NCBI GenBank assembly: GCA_035573335.1 | Contig: DATMZT010000058.1 | Coordinates: 6,299 to 70,298 of the forward strand | Length of the DNA stretch: 64,000 nucleotides | Reading direction: 5' to 3' | Source of the DNA: Hyphomicrobiaceae bacterium | GTDB lineage: Bacteria; Pseudomonadota; Alphaproteobacteria; Rhizobiales; Hyphomicrobiaceae | Shown here: one piece after another, positions 37,781 through 46,863 of the stretch | Position numbering within the stretch: the stretch's first letter is position 1 | How the letters are laid out: each line of letters starts with the position of its first letter | Translations under genes and position numbers: made by a program | The notes under the pieces: generated by a model | Seen by the model: the letters and a program-made list of their open reading frames with translations, nothing else | Told to the model about the DNA's origin: nothing | The model's database searches: none

Positions 37781-39235
37781 CTATTCGGCCGCCATGCGGA
37801 TCGGTTGCGGTTTGATGTCCAGACGCTGCCGAACCAGCTCGATGTGTCCGCGCAGGTCATAGAGCTGATTTGAGTAATAGGGCGGGACGCTGATGGTCCT
37901 CACGTGCGTGTCGATCCGGTCGAACTCCGCCTGCATGGCTTCGGCGTCGAATTTTGCGCCGCCGTTATCCAGTTTCCGCTCCAGCGCTTTGAGCTGCCGG
38001 TACCAATACACCAGACGCCGACGCACCATCCAGACGTAAATGCCTGGAATTGCCCGGGTCAGCGGCAGCAGCAGGGCCAGCATGCCCAGCCCGCCGACCA
38101 GCGTGGTCCAATGCTCATTGAGGAACGCCGTATAAGTGAAGGGCACGCCGAGGCTCGTCGCTTTTGGCGCGAGGCTCTTGAGCACCACCGGAAGCTCGCC
38201 GGTCTTATAAAGAACGCGGGCGGAGTTCGGCACCTCGAATTCCGGGTCGTTGGCGGTGGGAAACTCGCCGGCGCGATAAAACAGCACCGGGTCGCCGTTT
38301 TTGTCGAACCCCGACTTTGGACTGTGCACCACGGCATGGGTGAGTAGCGAAATCAACGCCGACTGCATGTCGGGGCGAACCACCAAGGCGACCGCGGTCG
38401 ACAGCAAGGTGATGTCTTCGCTGGGCGTCAATGGATCAAAATCCACGGCACCCTGGCGCAGGACGACTTTGGACAGGGCGGGGAAGCGGTTGGTGTAGGC
38501 TTCCGCCTCGCGGGCAAAGTCCATCAGGCGAATATTGGGAACGCGCAGGAGTTGTTGGATCTTCTCGGTATCGGCGGCCGTGATAACAATGCCGGCATCG
38601 GCCGCACCCGATAGCAGCGGCTCGGCATCGGGGGGGAGATCCTGATCAATGAAGGTCGCGTTTTCCTTTTCGATCACTCCATTGGCTTTCAACAGCTGCC
38701 TGGTGACGCCTCGCGCACCACTATCGCGTGTGCCGATCATGATGCGCTTGCCCTTGAGATCGCGCAAAGTGGTGATGGGCAAGTCGCCGCGGGTGAAGAC
38801 CCAGATCGGCTCGTGAAACAGGCGTCCGACGGAGAGCAGCTTTGAGTATTCCGAGTGGCGGTCCTTCTGTTTCTCGGTGGCAAGGCTCCCTTGCAGGCTC
38901 CCGACTAGGTCCCCCTTGACGAAGCCCGCCGTGATCCCGGAGTCATCGTCGACCAAGGCCCGCAGCGTAATGCGGCCTTCCAGCGGTCGCGTGGTCGTGC
39001 GCCCATCCTTTTCCTTGAACGGAACAGTTTGCCGAACCACCACCTGAACGCCAAACTTGGCGAGCACCTCCTGGTATCGTTGCGCGAGCTCCGCGTATTG
39101 GGGATTGCCCGCGGCGATGACGATCGTGCCGTGCTTGTCGAGTTGCTGCGCGTGGTTCATGACCCCAAGCGTGATGGCCCCGAACACGGCGACAAGCAAG
39201 GCGAGTACGCCCGTCTTGATCGGAAATGAGTCCAT
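37781..39235 (-). CDS. membrane-anchored TAXI/COG2358-like solute-binding-domain protein with C-terminal TM helix and cytoplasmic coiled coil
   Basis: ATG at 39235. N-terminal TM helix VLALLVAVFGAITLGV. TAXI-like core (LRDLKGKRIMIGTRDSGARGVTRQLLKANGV). Second TM helix LVGGLGMLALLLPL, then VWMVRRRLVYWYRQLKALERKL... 484 aa. Confidence 0.75.
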   Translation of the reverse strand: MDSFPIKTGVLALLVAVFGAITLGVMNHAQQLDKHGTIVIAAGNPQYAELAQRYQEVLAKFGVQVVVRQTVPFKEKDGRTTTRPLEGRITLRALVDDDSGITAGFVKGDLVGSLQGSLATEKQKDRHSEYSKLLSVGRLFHEPIWVFTRGDLPITTLRDLKGKRIMIGTRDSGARGVTRQLLKANGVIEKENATFIDQDLPPDAEPLLSGAADAGIVITAADTEKIQQLLRVPNIRLMDFAREAEAYTNRFPALSKVVLRQGAVDFDPLTPSEDITLLSTAVALVVRPDMQSALISLLTHAVVHSPKSGFDKNGDPVLFYRAGEFPTANDPEFEVPNSARVLYKTGELPVVLKSLAPKATSLGVPFTYTAFLNEHWTTLVGGLGMLALLLPLTRAIPGIYVWMVRRRLVYWYRQLKALERKLDNGGAKFDAEAMQAEFDRIDTHVRTISVPPYYSNQLYDLRGHIELVRQRLDIKPQPIRMAAE

Positions 39236-39950
39236 GGCACCCCCCACATCGGTGACCCATTGAGCGCGAAGCGCTGACCGGTATACAGCAATTGCCAGCA
39301 AGAAGCGCAGTTGGCCGGCCTATGTCCAGCTACATTTTTGCCGATCCGGGTGTTGGGCGCAGGCGCCGGCTCGGACGGCAGCGTTATGGTGTCATGCCGC
39401 CGTTACGCTCAGTCCGGAGACAACGGCTGCAACCCGCGTGTTTGCAGGGCCAATTTGCCGGAATTAAGAGCACTCACGCGCCAGCGCACCCCCGCCGGTG
39501 CAGCGTGTCGGCGCCAAGGGGGCGCCAGCAGAGCGTCACCGCAAATTTGCAGGCGCCGGCGCGGCGCTGCCACAAATAGGACACCATCTGCCGAGGTGGC
39601 GACTTCGGTCCCGGTCTCGACGCCAAGCCGCACGGATCCTGGCGGCATGGCGTCCGTGGCGTGAGGGATCGAATCAGATGGCGCGTGCGCCGTGTTGCTC
39701 ACGCCGGCGGGAGCACGCCGCCCCAGGGCGAGGGGCGATTGCAAAGAAGGGGCGATTCGCAACAGGGCGCCAGGGGCAAAATATTGCCGCTTCTGGTGCG
39801 CGTTGGCCGCAGACGGCGCACAAATTGCTGTATGGGCGGCATGGCGCCAAGCCGGGCCTTGACCCAGAGAAAAATGCGGCCTTGCCTCGAATGTGGCGGG
39901 GGCGCGGTACGGCGCATTGGACTTTTGCAAGAGGCTTCCTGGGAGGATGG

Positions 39951-42680
39951 ATGTGGATCTCCGGACGCAGCCTGGCGGCGATCGTTGCCAGTCTCGCCCT
40001 CACCGATGTCGCCATCGGCCAAGCGCCGGCGCCGAGCGAGGCAGCGCAAGAGGCTAAGCCACCGGCGCAGTCCCCGCCAACTCCAGGTTCCGCCGCCGCC
40101 CCCGCCCTGCCGAAGATCGAGGTCACGGCGCCTAAAAAGAAACCCGCAGCGCCGCCCAAAGCGGCTCAGGCTCCTGAAACGCCATCAGCTGGTTCCACGG
40201 CTCCGTCTCTGCCGAAGATCGAGGTCGTTGCACCCAAGCAGAAAGCCACACGGGCGCCGGGCCCACCCAAGGCGTCCGCGCCGGAGCCTTCGGTTCCCGC
40301 ACCGCCCGCGGCCGAGGTGCGCATGTCGCCCGTTGCTGGCAGCGAGCTGCCGATCGATAAGGTTCCCGCAGGCATTAGCGTCATTAACGCCAGACAAATC
40401 GAGCGGGTTGGCTCGCCCTCCATTACCGAGGCGATCAACACCTACGTTCCCAGCGTGACCATCAACGAGGCGCTTGGCAACGCGCTGGCGACCGACCTGC
40501 AATACCGAGGGTTCAGTGCCTCGCCGCTCAACGGGACACCGCAAGGCCTCGCCATCTACCAGAACGGCGTGCGCCTCAACGAGGTGTTCGGCGATGCCAT
40601 GAACTGGGACCTGATCCCGCAGATTGCCATCGCCGACATCGTCATGATGAGCAACAACCCGGCCTACGGCCTCAACGCCCTGGGGGGCGCCGTCAATGTC
40701 ATCATGAAGGACGGCTTCAGCTTCCAGGGTGCCACCGTCGACACCCGCTTTGGCTCGTACGGGCACAAGGAAGTTGCCGCCGAGGCCGGCCAGAAGTGGG
40801 GCAACTGGGCCACCTACGTTGCCGGCGAGTGGATCGACGACAACGGCTGGCGCGACCTGTCGCCCGCCGAGGCCAAGCGGGTTTATGCCGACATCGGTGT
40901 CAAGGGGTCAGGCTCCGAGTTCCATCTGAGCTACACCTTCGCCGACACGTTCCTCGGCGTGGTGGGGCCGACACCGGTCGAACTCGTCGACGAGCGGCGT
41001 GCCAACGCGTTCACCTCGCCACAATCCTTCGACAACCGCATGCAGATGGTGAACCTGACGGGGTCAGTTTCCGTCACCGATCACCTGAAGGTTTCGGGCA
41101 ACGCCTACTATCGCGGCTTTAAGCAGAAGCGACCCGACGGCAACGTCTCGGAGGCAATCGCCTGCGATCCCGCGGGAGCCAATGCGGGGCTCCTGTGCTT
41201 TGAAGAGCCGGACGACGTGCTGTTCGGCCGCCGCGCCAACGGCGCCATCGTCAACGTGCCGCTCGCCAGCCTGCCCAACGGCGATCAAACCGTTCTCGGC
41301 GGCAATGACCGTGTGACCGTCGACTCTTTCTCGTTTGGCGGCGCACTGCAGGCGGTCAGCAAGGCGCATCTGTTCAATCGGCCCAATCAATTTCTGGTTG
41401 GTGCCAGCGTTGATCTCGGCCGAGCGCGGGTGAAGTCACAGAGCGAGCTTGGCGTGCTCGATCCCCGCACGCTCGCCGTGTCCGGGCTTGGCATTATCAT
41501 TGACCAGTCGCTCAATCCGGATCTCGACGCCGGCGATGTCGAGGTGACGCCGGTCGATCTCATCGCCCGCACCCAGTACTACGGCCTCTACTTCATGAAC
41601 ACACTGGACGTGACCGACCGTTTGGCCGTCACGGTCGGCGGCCGCTACAACCTCGCCAACATCAAACTCGAGGATCAACTGGGCGAAAGCCTCAACGGCG
41701 ATCACACCTTCCAGCGCTTCAACCCGATGATTGGTGCCACCTATAACCTTGGGTCGGGGGTGACGGCGTATGCCGGATATTCAGAATCCAATCGTGCCCC
41801 CACGCCGGCCGAATTGGCCTGTGCCGATCCACTACGGCCCTGTCTGTTGGAAAACTTTCTGGTCTCCGATCCACCGCTGAAGCAGGTGGTGGGCCGGACG
41901 ATCGAGGCCGGTCTTAGAGGCCAAGTCGCGGCCGGTTACGCTGGCCGCGACGCCCTGGGCGCCCCCAGGAGCAACACGCTGGGCTGGAGCCTGGGGTATT
42001 TTCGGACGCTCTTGAGCGACGACATCCTGACGGTGGCGAGCCCGATCCAGGGCCGAGGCTTTTTTATCAATGGCGGCGAGACCCTGCGCGAGGGCCTGGA
42101 GGCCGCCGTCAACTACCGCTCCGACCGGCTCTTCCTGTACGCGAGCTACGCGCTCGTGAACGCCACCTTCCGCAACGCCTTGGAGATCGCCTCTCCCGAC
42201 GCCCCCGTTGGCGTCCCCTGCAGCTCCTTTGTGCCGGCTGACCCCGAGGACGAGGTGCCGAACTGCGCCAGGGTGCGGCCGGGCGACCACATCCCGAGCA
42301 TTCCCAGTCACCGCCTCAAGTTCGGTTTCGACTACTGGGTGACGCCGCAGTGGCGGGTTGGCGGCGACGTCATCGCCGTGTCGAACCAGTTCTTCCGCGG
42401 CGACGAGGGCAACGATGATCGACCGCTGCCGGGCTATGCCGTGGTCAACCTGCGAACCGGCTACAAGGTGACCGACAACGTCGAGATCTACGGCTTGGCG
42501 AAGAACTTGTTCAACAAGGACTACGCGACCTTCGGCACCTACTTCGACGCCGACGCCTTGCGCAACGTCGCGGGCGATCCGGTCGGCGTCGGACGCAATG
42601 CTACGGTACTTGAGAACCCACGCACGATCACACCGGCGGCACCCCTGACGGTCTACGGCGGGGTCAAGGTCAAGTTCTGA
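39951..42680 (+). CDS. TonB-dependent outer-membrane receptor with Pro/Ala/Lys-rich N-terminal extension
   Basis: ATG at 39951 after GGGAGGATGG. Signal MWISGRSLAAIVASLALTDVAIG. Plug region PAGISVINARQIERVGSPSITEAINTYVPSV ... LQYRGF. C-terminal ...TVYGGVKVKF. 909 aa. The track ORF starting at 39498 is an upstream read-through. Confidence 0.9.
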   Translation: MWISGRSLAAIVASLALTDVAIGQAPAPSEAAQEAKPPAQSPPTPGSAAAPALPKIEVTAPKKKPAAPPKAAQAPETPSAGSTAPSLPKIEVVAPKQKATRAPGPPKASAPEPSVPAPPAAEVRMSPVAGSELPIDKVPAGISVINARQIERVGSPSITEAINTYVPSVTINEALGNALATDLQYRGFSASPLNGTPQGLAIYQNGVRLNEVFGDAMNWDLIPQIAIADIVMMSNNPAYGLNALGGAVNVIMKDGFSFQGATVDTRFGSYGHKEVAAEAGQKWGNWATYVAGEWIDDNGWRDLSPAEAKRVYADIGVKGSGSEFHLSYTFADTFLGVVGPTPVELVDERRANAFTSPQSFDNRMQMVNLTGSVSVTDHLKVSGNAYYRGFKQKRPDGNVSEAIACDPAGANAGLLCFEEPDDVLFGRRANGAIVNVPLASLPNGDQTVLGGNDRVTVDSFSFGGALQAVSKAHLFNRPNQFLVGASVDLGRARVKSQSELGVLDPRTLAVSGLGIIIDQSLNPDLDAGDVEVTPVDLIARTQYYGLYFMNTLDVTDRLAVTVGGRYNLANIKLEDQLGESLNGDHTFQRFNPMIGATYNLGSGVTAYAGYSESNRAPTPAELACADPLRPCLLENFLVSDPPLKQVVGRTIEAGLRGQVAAGYAGRDALGAPRSNTLGWSLGYFRTLLSDDILTVASPIQGRGFFINGGETLREGLEAAVNYRSDRLFLYASYALVNATFRNALEIASPDAPVGVPCSSFVPADPEDEVPNCARVRPGDHIPSIPSHRLKFGFDYWVTPQWRVGGDVIAVSNQFFRGDEGNDDRPLPGYAVVNLRTGYKVTDNVEIYGLAKNLFNKDYATFGTYFDADALRNVAGDPVGVGRNATVLENPRTITPAAPLTVYGGVKVKF

Positions 42681-42891
42681 CGGCCCCGCTCAGCGGTTGC
42701 GCAGAACTGTGGGCGATGACCGGCCCAGCGGCGAGTTCGCGCTCGTGTGCTCGCTCGATTTGCGCGTTAGCCGAGCTTGTGGGTAGGGTGTCGGCGCCGG
42801 CACAGGCCTGTGCTGAGCCCGCCGGCTCGGACGAAGCGAGAGGCGCCTACCTGCGCCGATCCGCAGGGCAAGCGCAGAGGGGAATTGTCTG

Positions 42892-43878
42892 ATGCAAGTG
42901 ACGCCAGCCCGCCTGCTCGTGATGCTCGCGGCCACCTTGGGTTTGCTGTCGACGGGCGACGCCTCGCATGCCGGCGATGCCTTCCCCGCCTTCCCCGTCA
43001 AAATCATTGTTCCCAATCCCGCCGGCGGCACTGCCGACATCCTGCCACGCATTATCGCCGACGCGCTCGGCAGCGTCTGGAAGCAGCCGGTTGTGGTCGA
43101 AAACAGAGCCGGCGCGGCGGGCAACATCGGCGCGGAGGCCTTCGCGCGTGCGCCGGCAGATGGCTACACCCTGTTGGCGTCGCCGCCCACCACCTTGGCG
43201 ATCAATCATTTGCTTTATAAGAGGCTCAACTACGATCCGACCAAGTTCAAGCCCATCACCATTCTCGCCAGTTCGCCCAATGTGCTGATTGCCAGCCCCA
43301 AGCTCGGGGTGACATCAGTTGGCGAGCTGATCGACAAAGCCAGGGCGGACCCCGGCGGCATTGCCTATGGCTCGCAAGGAATCGGTGCCACGTCGCATCT
43401 GACGACGGCTCTGTTCGAGACCATGACGGGCGTCAAGTTCACGCACGTTCCCTATCGCGGCACGGCCCCGGCCATGAACGACCTGCTTGGGGGCCATATT
43501 CTCTTCATGTTCGACAATTTATCATCGTCGCTGCCGCAGCATCAGTCGGGGGCGCTCAGGATCCTCGCGGTCTGCGCGGCCGAACGCTCGGCCTATTTAC
43601 CCGATGTGCCGACCATGTCGGAGGCGGCGTTGCCGGGATTCGTGTCGTTGGCCTGGTTCGGCTTGGTGGCGCCGCCGGCAACCCCCGACTCGATTGTGGC
43701 GCAGATCAACAAGGACGTCGTTGATGTTTTGCGGAGCGAAGATGTGCGCAAAAAATTCGGTGCCCACGGCGCCGAGCCGATCGGCAACTCGCCGCCGGAG
43801 ATGGCGGCATTCCTGGAGCGCGAGCGGACGCTTTGGGGTGGCGTAATCGAGCAGGCCAAACTCAAGGCTCCCGAGTAG
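42892..43878 (+). CDS. Bug/TctC-family substrate-binding protein
   Basis: SD AGAGGGG. Signal MQVTPARLLVMLAATLGLLSTGDASHA. FPVKIIVPNPAGGTADILPR and LAWFGLVAPPATP. 328 aa. Confidence 0.9.
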   Translation: MQVTPARLLVMLAATLGLLSTGDASHAGDAFPAFPVKIIVPNPAGGTADILPRIIADALGSVWKQPVVVENRAGAAGNIGAEAFARAPADGYTLLASPPTTLAINHLLYKRLNYDPTKFKPITILASSPNVLIASPKLGVTSVGELIDKARADPGGIAYGSQGIGATSHLTTALFETMTGVKFTHVPYRGTAPAMNDLLGGHILFMFDNLSSSLPQHQSGALRILAVCAAERSAYLPDVPTMSEAALPGFVSLAWFGLVAPPATPDSIVAQINKDVVDVLRSEDVRKKFGAHGAEPIGNSPPEMAAFLERERTLWGGVIEQAKLKAPE

Positions 43879-43888
43879 AGATGCATCG

Positions 43889-45076
43889 ATGGCTGCTGCC
43901 ATGCTCAAAAAGCCCCTGCGGGTCGCGGTCGTCGGCGGCGGCATCGGCGGCGCTGCCGCGGCCGACGCGCTCACCCAGCGCGGCGTCGCCGTTCGCCTGT
44001 TCGAACAGGCACCAGCTCTTGCCGAGGTCGGCGCCGGTGTGGCACTGCAGCCCAACGGCATCCGAATGTTGCGGCAGCTCGGGCTTGGAGAGGCCTTGAT
44101 GCGCTTGGGTGCGCGCTGGCTCGATCCGCAGTTCCGCCGCTCGGACGGCCGCTTTATCGCGTGCATGTGGCCGCCAGAGCTGGGCAACGAGATCGAGTTC
44201 TACGGCATGCACCGCGCCGATTTGCTTAATTTGTTCGTGCAGCGGCTGCCCGCGGACGTCGTCGCGACCGACCACAAATGCGTGGGCTTCGAGCAGGACG
44301 AGCATGAGGCCATCATCACGTTCGCCAACGGCCGACGGGAGGTTGCCGACGCCGTCATTGCCGCCGATGGCATTCATTCAAAGCTTCAGGAATTCGTCGT
44401 CGCCCCGTCGGCCCCGCTGGCTTCGGGCTCGGTCGCTTATCGGGGTCTCATTTCGGCGGCGAGCGTCTCCTGGCCGCGCGGTGCCATGCGCAATTGGTTG
44501 GGGGCGGGCAAGCATTTTCTCGTCTATCCGGTGCGCTCCGACGCACTCATCAACTATGTCGGGTTCGTGCCAACAGACGAACAAATGCGGGAGTCCTGGT
44601 CGGCGGCAGGGGATCCGGCCGCCCTCGCCCAGGCCTTTGCCGGCTGGGACCCAATGGTTGAGGCCATCACGGCCCAAGCCAGCATGACCTTTCGCTGGGG
44701 TCTGTACGATCGCGAGCCGCTGCCGGCCTGGACGCGTGGCCGCCTGACCTTGCTGGGTGATGCTGCGCATCCGATGCTGCCTCATGTCGGCCAGGGGGCC
44801 AACCAAGCCATCGAGGATGCGGTCGCACTGGCAACGGTGTTGGCGCGCGCCGACCGGAGCTCCGCCCCGCAAGCCCTGCGCATTTACGAAACCGTGCGCC
44901 GGGCGCGGACCGCACGCGTCCAGCTAAGCGCACGCGTCAATGGCGCGCGCTATGACGGGGCCAGCAGGGACCTCGGGGTGCGCGATCAACAGCTCGCTGC
45001 CCAGTCGCAAGAGCGCGCTTGGATCTGGAACTACGACGCGGGACTGGACGCCGCCGCGGCGGCTGCCGCTCTGTGA
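43889..45076 (+). CDS. FAD-dependent aromatic-ring monooxygenase (salicylate/3-hydroxybenzoate hydroxylase-like)
   Basis: RVAVVGGGIGGAAAADAL (GxGxxG), LLGDAAHPMLPHVGQGANQAIEDAVAL (FAD/NADH motif). Starts 10 nt after the Bug gene. Confidence 0.88.
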   Translation: MAAAMLKKPLRVAVVGGGIGGAAAADALTQRGVAVRLFEQAPALAEVGAGVALQPNGIRMLRQLGLGEALMRLGARWLDPQFRRSDGRFIACMWPPELGNEIEFYGMHRADLLNLFVQRLPADVVATDHKCVGFEQDEHEAIITFANGRREVADAVIAADGIHSKLQEFVVAPSAPLASGSVAYRGLISAASVSWPRGAMRNWLGAGKHFLVYPVRSDALINYVGFVPTDEQMRESWSAAGDPAALAQAFAGWDPMVEAITAQASMTFRWGLYDREPLPAWTRGRLTLLGDAAHPMLPHVGQGANQAIEDAVALATVLARADRSSAPQALRIYETVRRARTARVQLSARVNGARYDGASRDLGVRDQQLAAQSQERAWIWNYDAGLDAAAAAAAL

Positions 45077-45110
45077 TGGCCGCGCTGGCCAAATAGGCGA
45101 GGAGGCCGCG

Positions 45111-45136
45111 CGGGCGCGCGGCCTCCAAAGCCCTTT
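45111..45136. terminator. GC-rich hairpin between convergent genes (possible bidirectional terminator)
   Basis: GGAGGCCGCGCG-gg-CGCGCGGCCTCC, a 12-nt inverted repeat. Confidence 0.45.
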
Positions 45137-45452
45137 ACCAGCCGCGGCTACACAATCGGTAGCGGTGCCACCAATAGGAGCTGCCCGTGACGAGGGCGCG
45201 ATGGCGCAGCCATCCGCAGCCGCCGTAACTGTAGGCATAGATCGGAGCGCCGATGACAAACCCTCGGCGATGGAAGTGACCGAAGTGGCGGTGGCGATAG
45301 GGGCGATGACTGTAATGACGCCAGCCAACCGTGCTCACCACGTTGGCCGTAGCCTTGCTGAGGTGGGGTTGAACTGCCGCCGACGCTTGCGGCGCAGAAC
45401 CGATAAACGCAGCCGTAATCAGTGCTGACGCTACGAGGACAGCTTTGAGCAT
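45135..45452 (-). CDS. small secreted Arg/His/Tyr/Trp-rich protein with C-terminal Cys pair (105 aa)
   Basis: ATG at 45452 after GAGAGG. Signal MLKAVLVASALITAAFIGSAPQASA. The tail is ...YSYGGCGWLRHRALVTGSSYWWHRYRLCSRGW. Confidence 0.6.
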   Translation of the reverse strand: MLKAVLVASALITAAFIGSAPQASAAVQPHLSKATANVVSTVGWRHYSHRPYRHRHFGHFHRRGFVIGAPIYAYSYGGCGWLRHRALVTGSSYWWHRYRLCSRGW

Positions 45453-45680
45453 CTTAATGCCTCTCAGAGTGTCCCGAGCGCGATCCAGCTGTGGAACGAA
45501 TGCGACGGTTTGGATCCGTCGGCGGTGCACGCCAATTCTTGGCCACGAACCTCCCGCCCGAGCCAGGATCCGCCGAGGAAGGTCATCTGCATGACCATCG
45601 AGGCGGGGCCTGCGCCGACCTTCCTCGTCGAGCGCGGCTGCCGGCTTCGTCGCGCGGTTGGCTGGACGGCCTTAGTCGTC

Positions 45681-46292
45681 TCAGCGGTCGGCAAGCGCAA
45701 GTTTGGCGCCGAGTGCCGCAAACGCTCCCGCGAAGGTGCGACGCATCCAGGTTAGCACCCGCGGGCGCGAGATCACGTGCGTGCGTACGGAGGCGGCAAA
45801 AATGCCGTAGCCGACGAACACGACGAACGTGAGCAACATAAAGACCGCGCTGAGTGTCAGCATGCGCGCCAAAGGTTGGGGGTCTTGCGCGCTGACGAAC
45901 TGGGGCAGGAAGGCCAAAAAGAAAATCGACAGCTTCGGGTTGAGGATGTTGACCAAGATCGCGGAAACGATCACCTGCGTTACCGAGCGAGCGCCGATCT
46001 CCTCCTCGATCCTCAGCGCGCCCTGCTCCTTAAGCGAGCTCCAGGCCATGTACAGGAGATAGGCTACCCCGAGGTATTTGAGGACTTGAAACGCCAGCGC
46101 GCTGGTGTGCAGGAGGGCGGCCAGGCCCAGGACGGCCGCCAGCATGTGGGGAACGATGCCCAGGGTGCATCCGAAGGCGGCGATGACGCTGGCGCGCCAA
46201 CCGCGGGAAAGGCCGGCCGCCAGGGTGAAGAGAACGCCGATGCCGGGGGAGGCAACGATGATCAATGAGGTAACCAAAAAGTCGAGGCTCAT
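45681..46292 (-). CDS. LysE/RhtB-family amino-acid exporter
   Basis: 203 aa. MSLDFLVTSLIIVASPGIGVLFTLAAGL and six TM segments are typical of LysE translocators. Confidence 0.88.
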   Translation of the reverse strand: MSLDFLVTSLIIVASPGIGVLFTLAAGLSRGWRASVIAAFGCTLGIVPHMLAAVLGLAALLHTSALAFQVLKYLGVAYLLYMAWSSLKEQGALRIEEEIGARSVTQVIVSAILVNILNPKLSIFFLAFLPQFVSAQDPQPLARMLTLSAVFMLLTFVVFVGYGIFAASVRTHVISRPRVLTWMRRTFAGAFAALGAKLALADR

Positions 46293-46581
46293 GGCCGAGG
46301 CTCCTCAGCTAGGGCGGCGTGCGGGACGGGAGAATGTCCCGCCTGGCCTCGGCCGGCAAGCGCGATCAAGGCGACGGGTCAAGCCCGCCGGTTTGACGCC
46401 ACCGGAGGAAAGAGAGATGGCCGGTTGCAGATCGCCATGCACCGAAGGTCATTCACCGCAAGGAAGGGCGGCGCAAGAGTTGGTGATCTCGGCCGCGGAT
46501 CAGAAAAGCCGCGAGGCAATGGCGGTGCGGGCGTGGGTTTAGGTCGGACGCGCGCTTCCGGAAACGCGAGCGTGTCGGTGC

Positions 46582-46863
46582 TCAAAACGGCTTGTTGTAG
46601 AGGCCTGGGTTGTTCTTCACCACGCGCTTACAGGTTTCTCTCCATTCCCGCCGCGACATTTGGCTCGAGCGATCCCAGGTTGCCAGACATCGCGTCATCG
46701 CCGAGCTGGCCCGAACCGTTTGTAGGTTCTTTTGCTGGTAGGGCTTGGTCAGGGAAGGCGGTGACGGCTCCGCCCGGACACCGCCCGCAAGCGGGAGCGA
46801 GACGCCTGCAAGCAGCAGGCTGGCGCACAGGCCGTGCAGCGGCCTCAACTTTGCTGGCAACAT
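46582..46863 (-). CDS. small secreted hypothetical protein (93 aa)
   Basis: Signal-like LHGLCASLLLAGVSLPLAGGVRA. The C-terminal CLATWDRSSQMSRREWRETCKRV motif resembles small conserved Rhizobiales proteins. This is from memory and has not been searched. Confidence 0.5.
   Translation of the reverse strand: MLPAKLRPLHGLCASLLLAGVSLPLAGGVRAEPSPPSLTKPYQQKNLQTVRASSAMTRCLATWDRSSQMSRREWRETCKRVVKNNPGLYNKPF

Noticed and set aside
39498-39950. 151 extra N-terminal codons of the TonB-receptor ORF
   Set aside because: This part is Arg/Gly/Ala-rich and lacks a signal peptide. A GGGAGG SD plus a proper signal peptide occur at the ATG at 39951.
39236-39950. Cobalamin or TPP riboswitch ahead of the TonB-dependent receptor
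   Set aside because: I could not find a B12-box (AGYCMGGAGACCKGCC-like), GCCACTG, or the TPP CUGAGA / ACCUGAUCUGGAUAAUGCC elements on either strand. Only a covariance-model scan could settle this.
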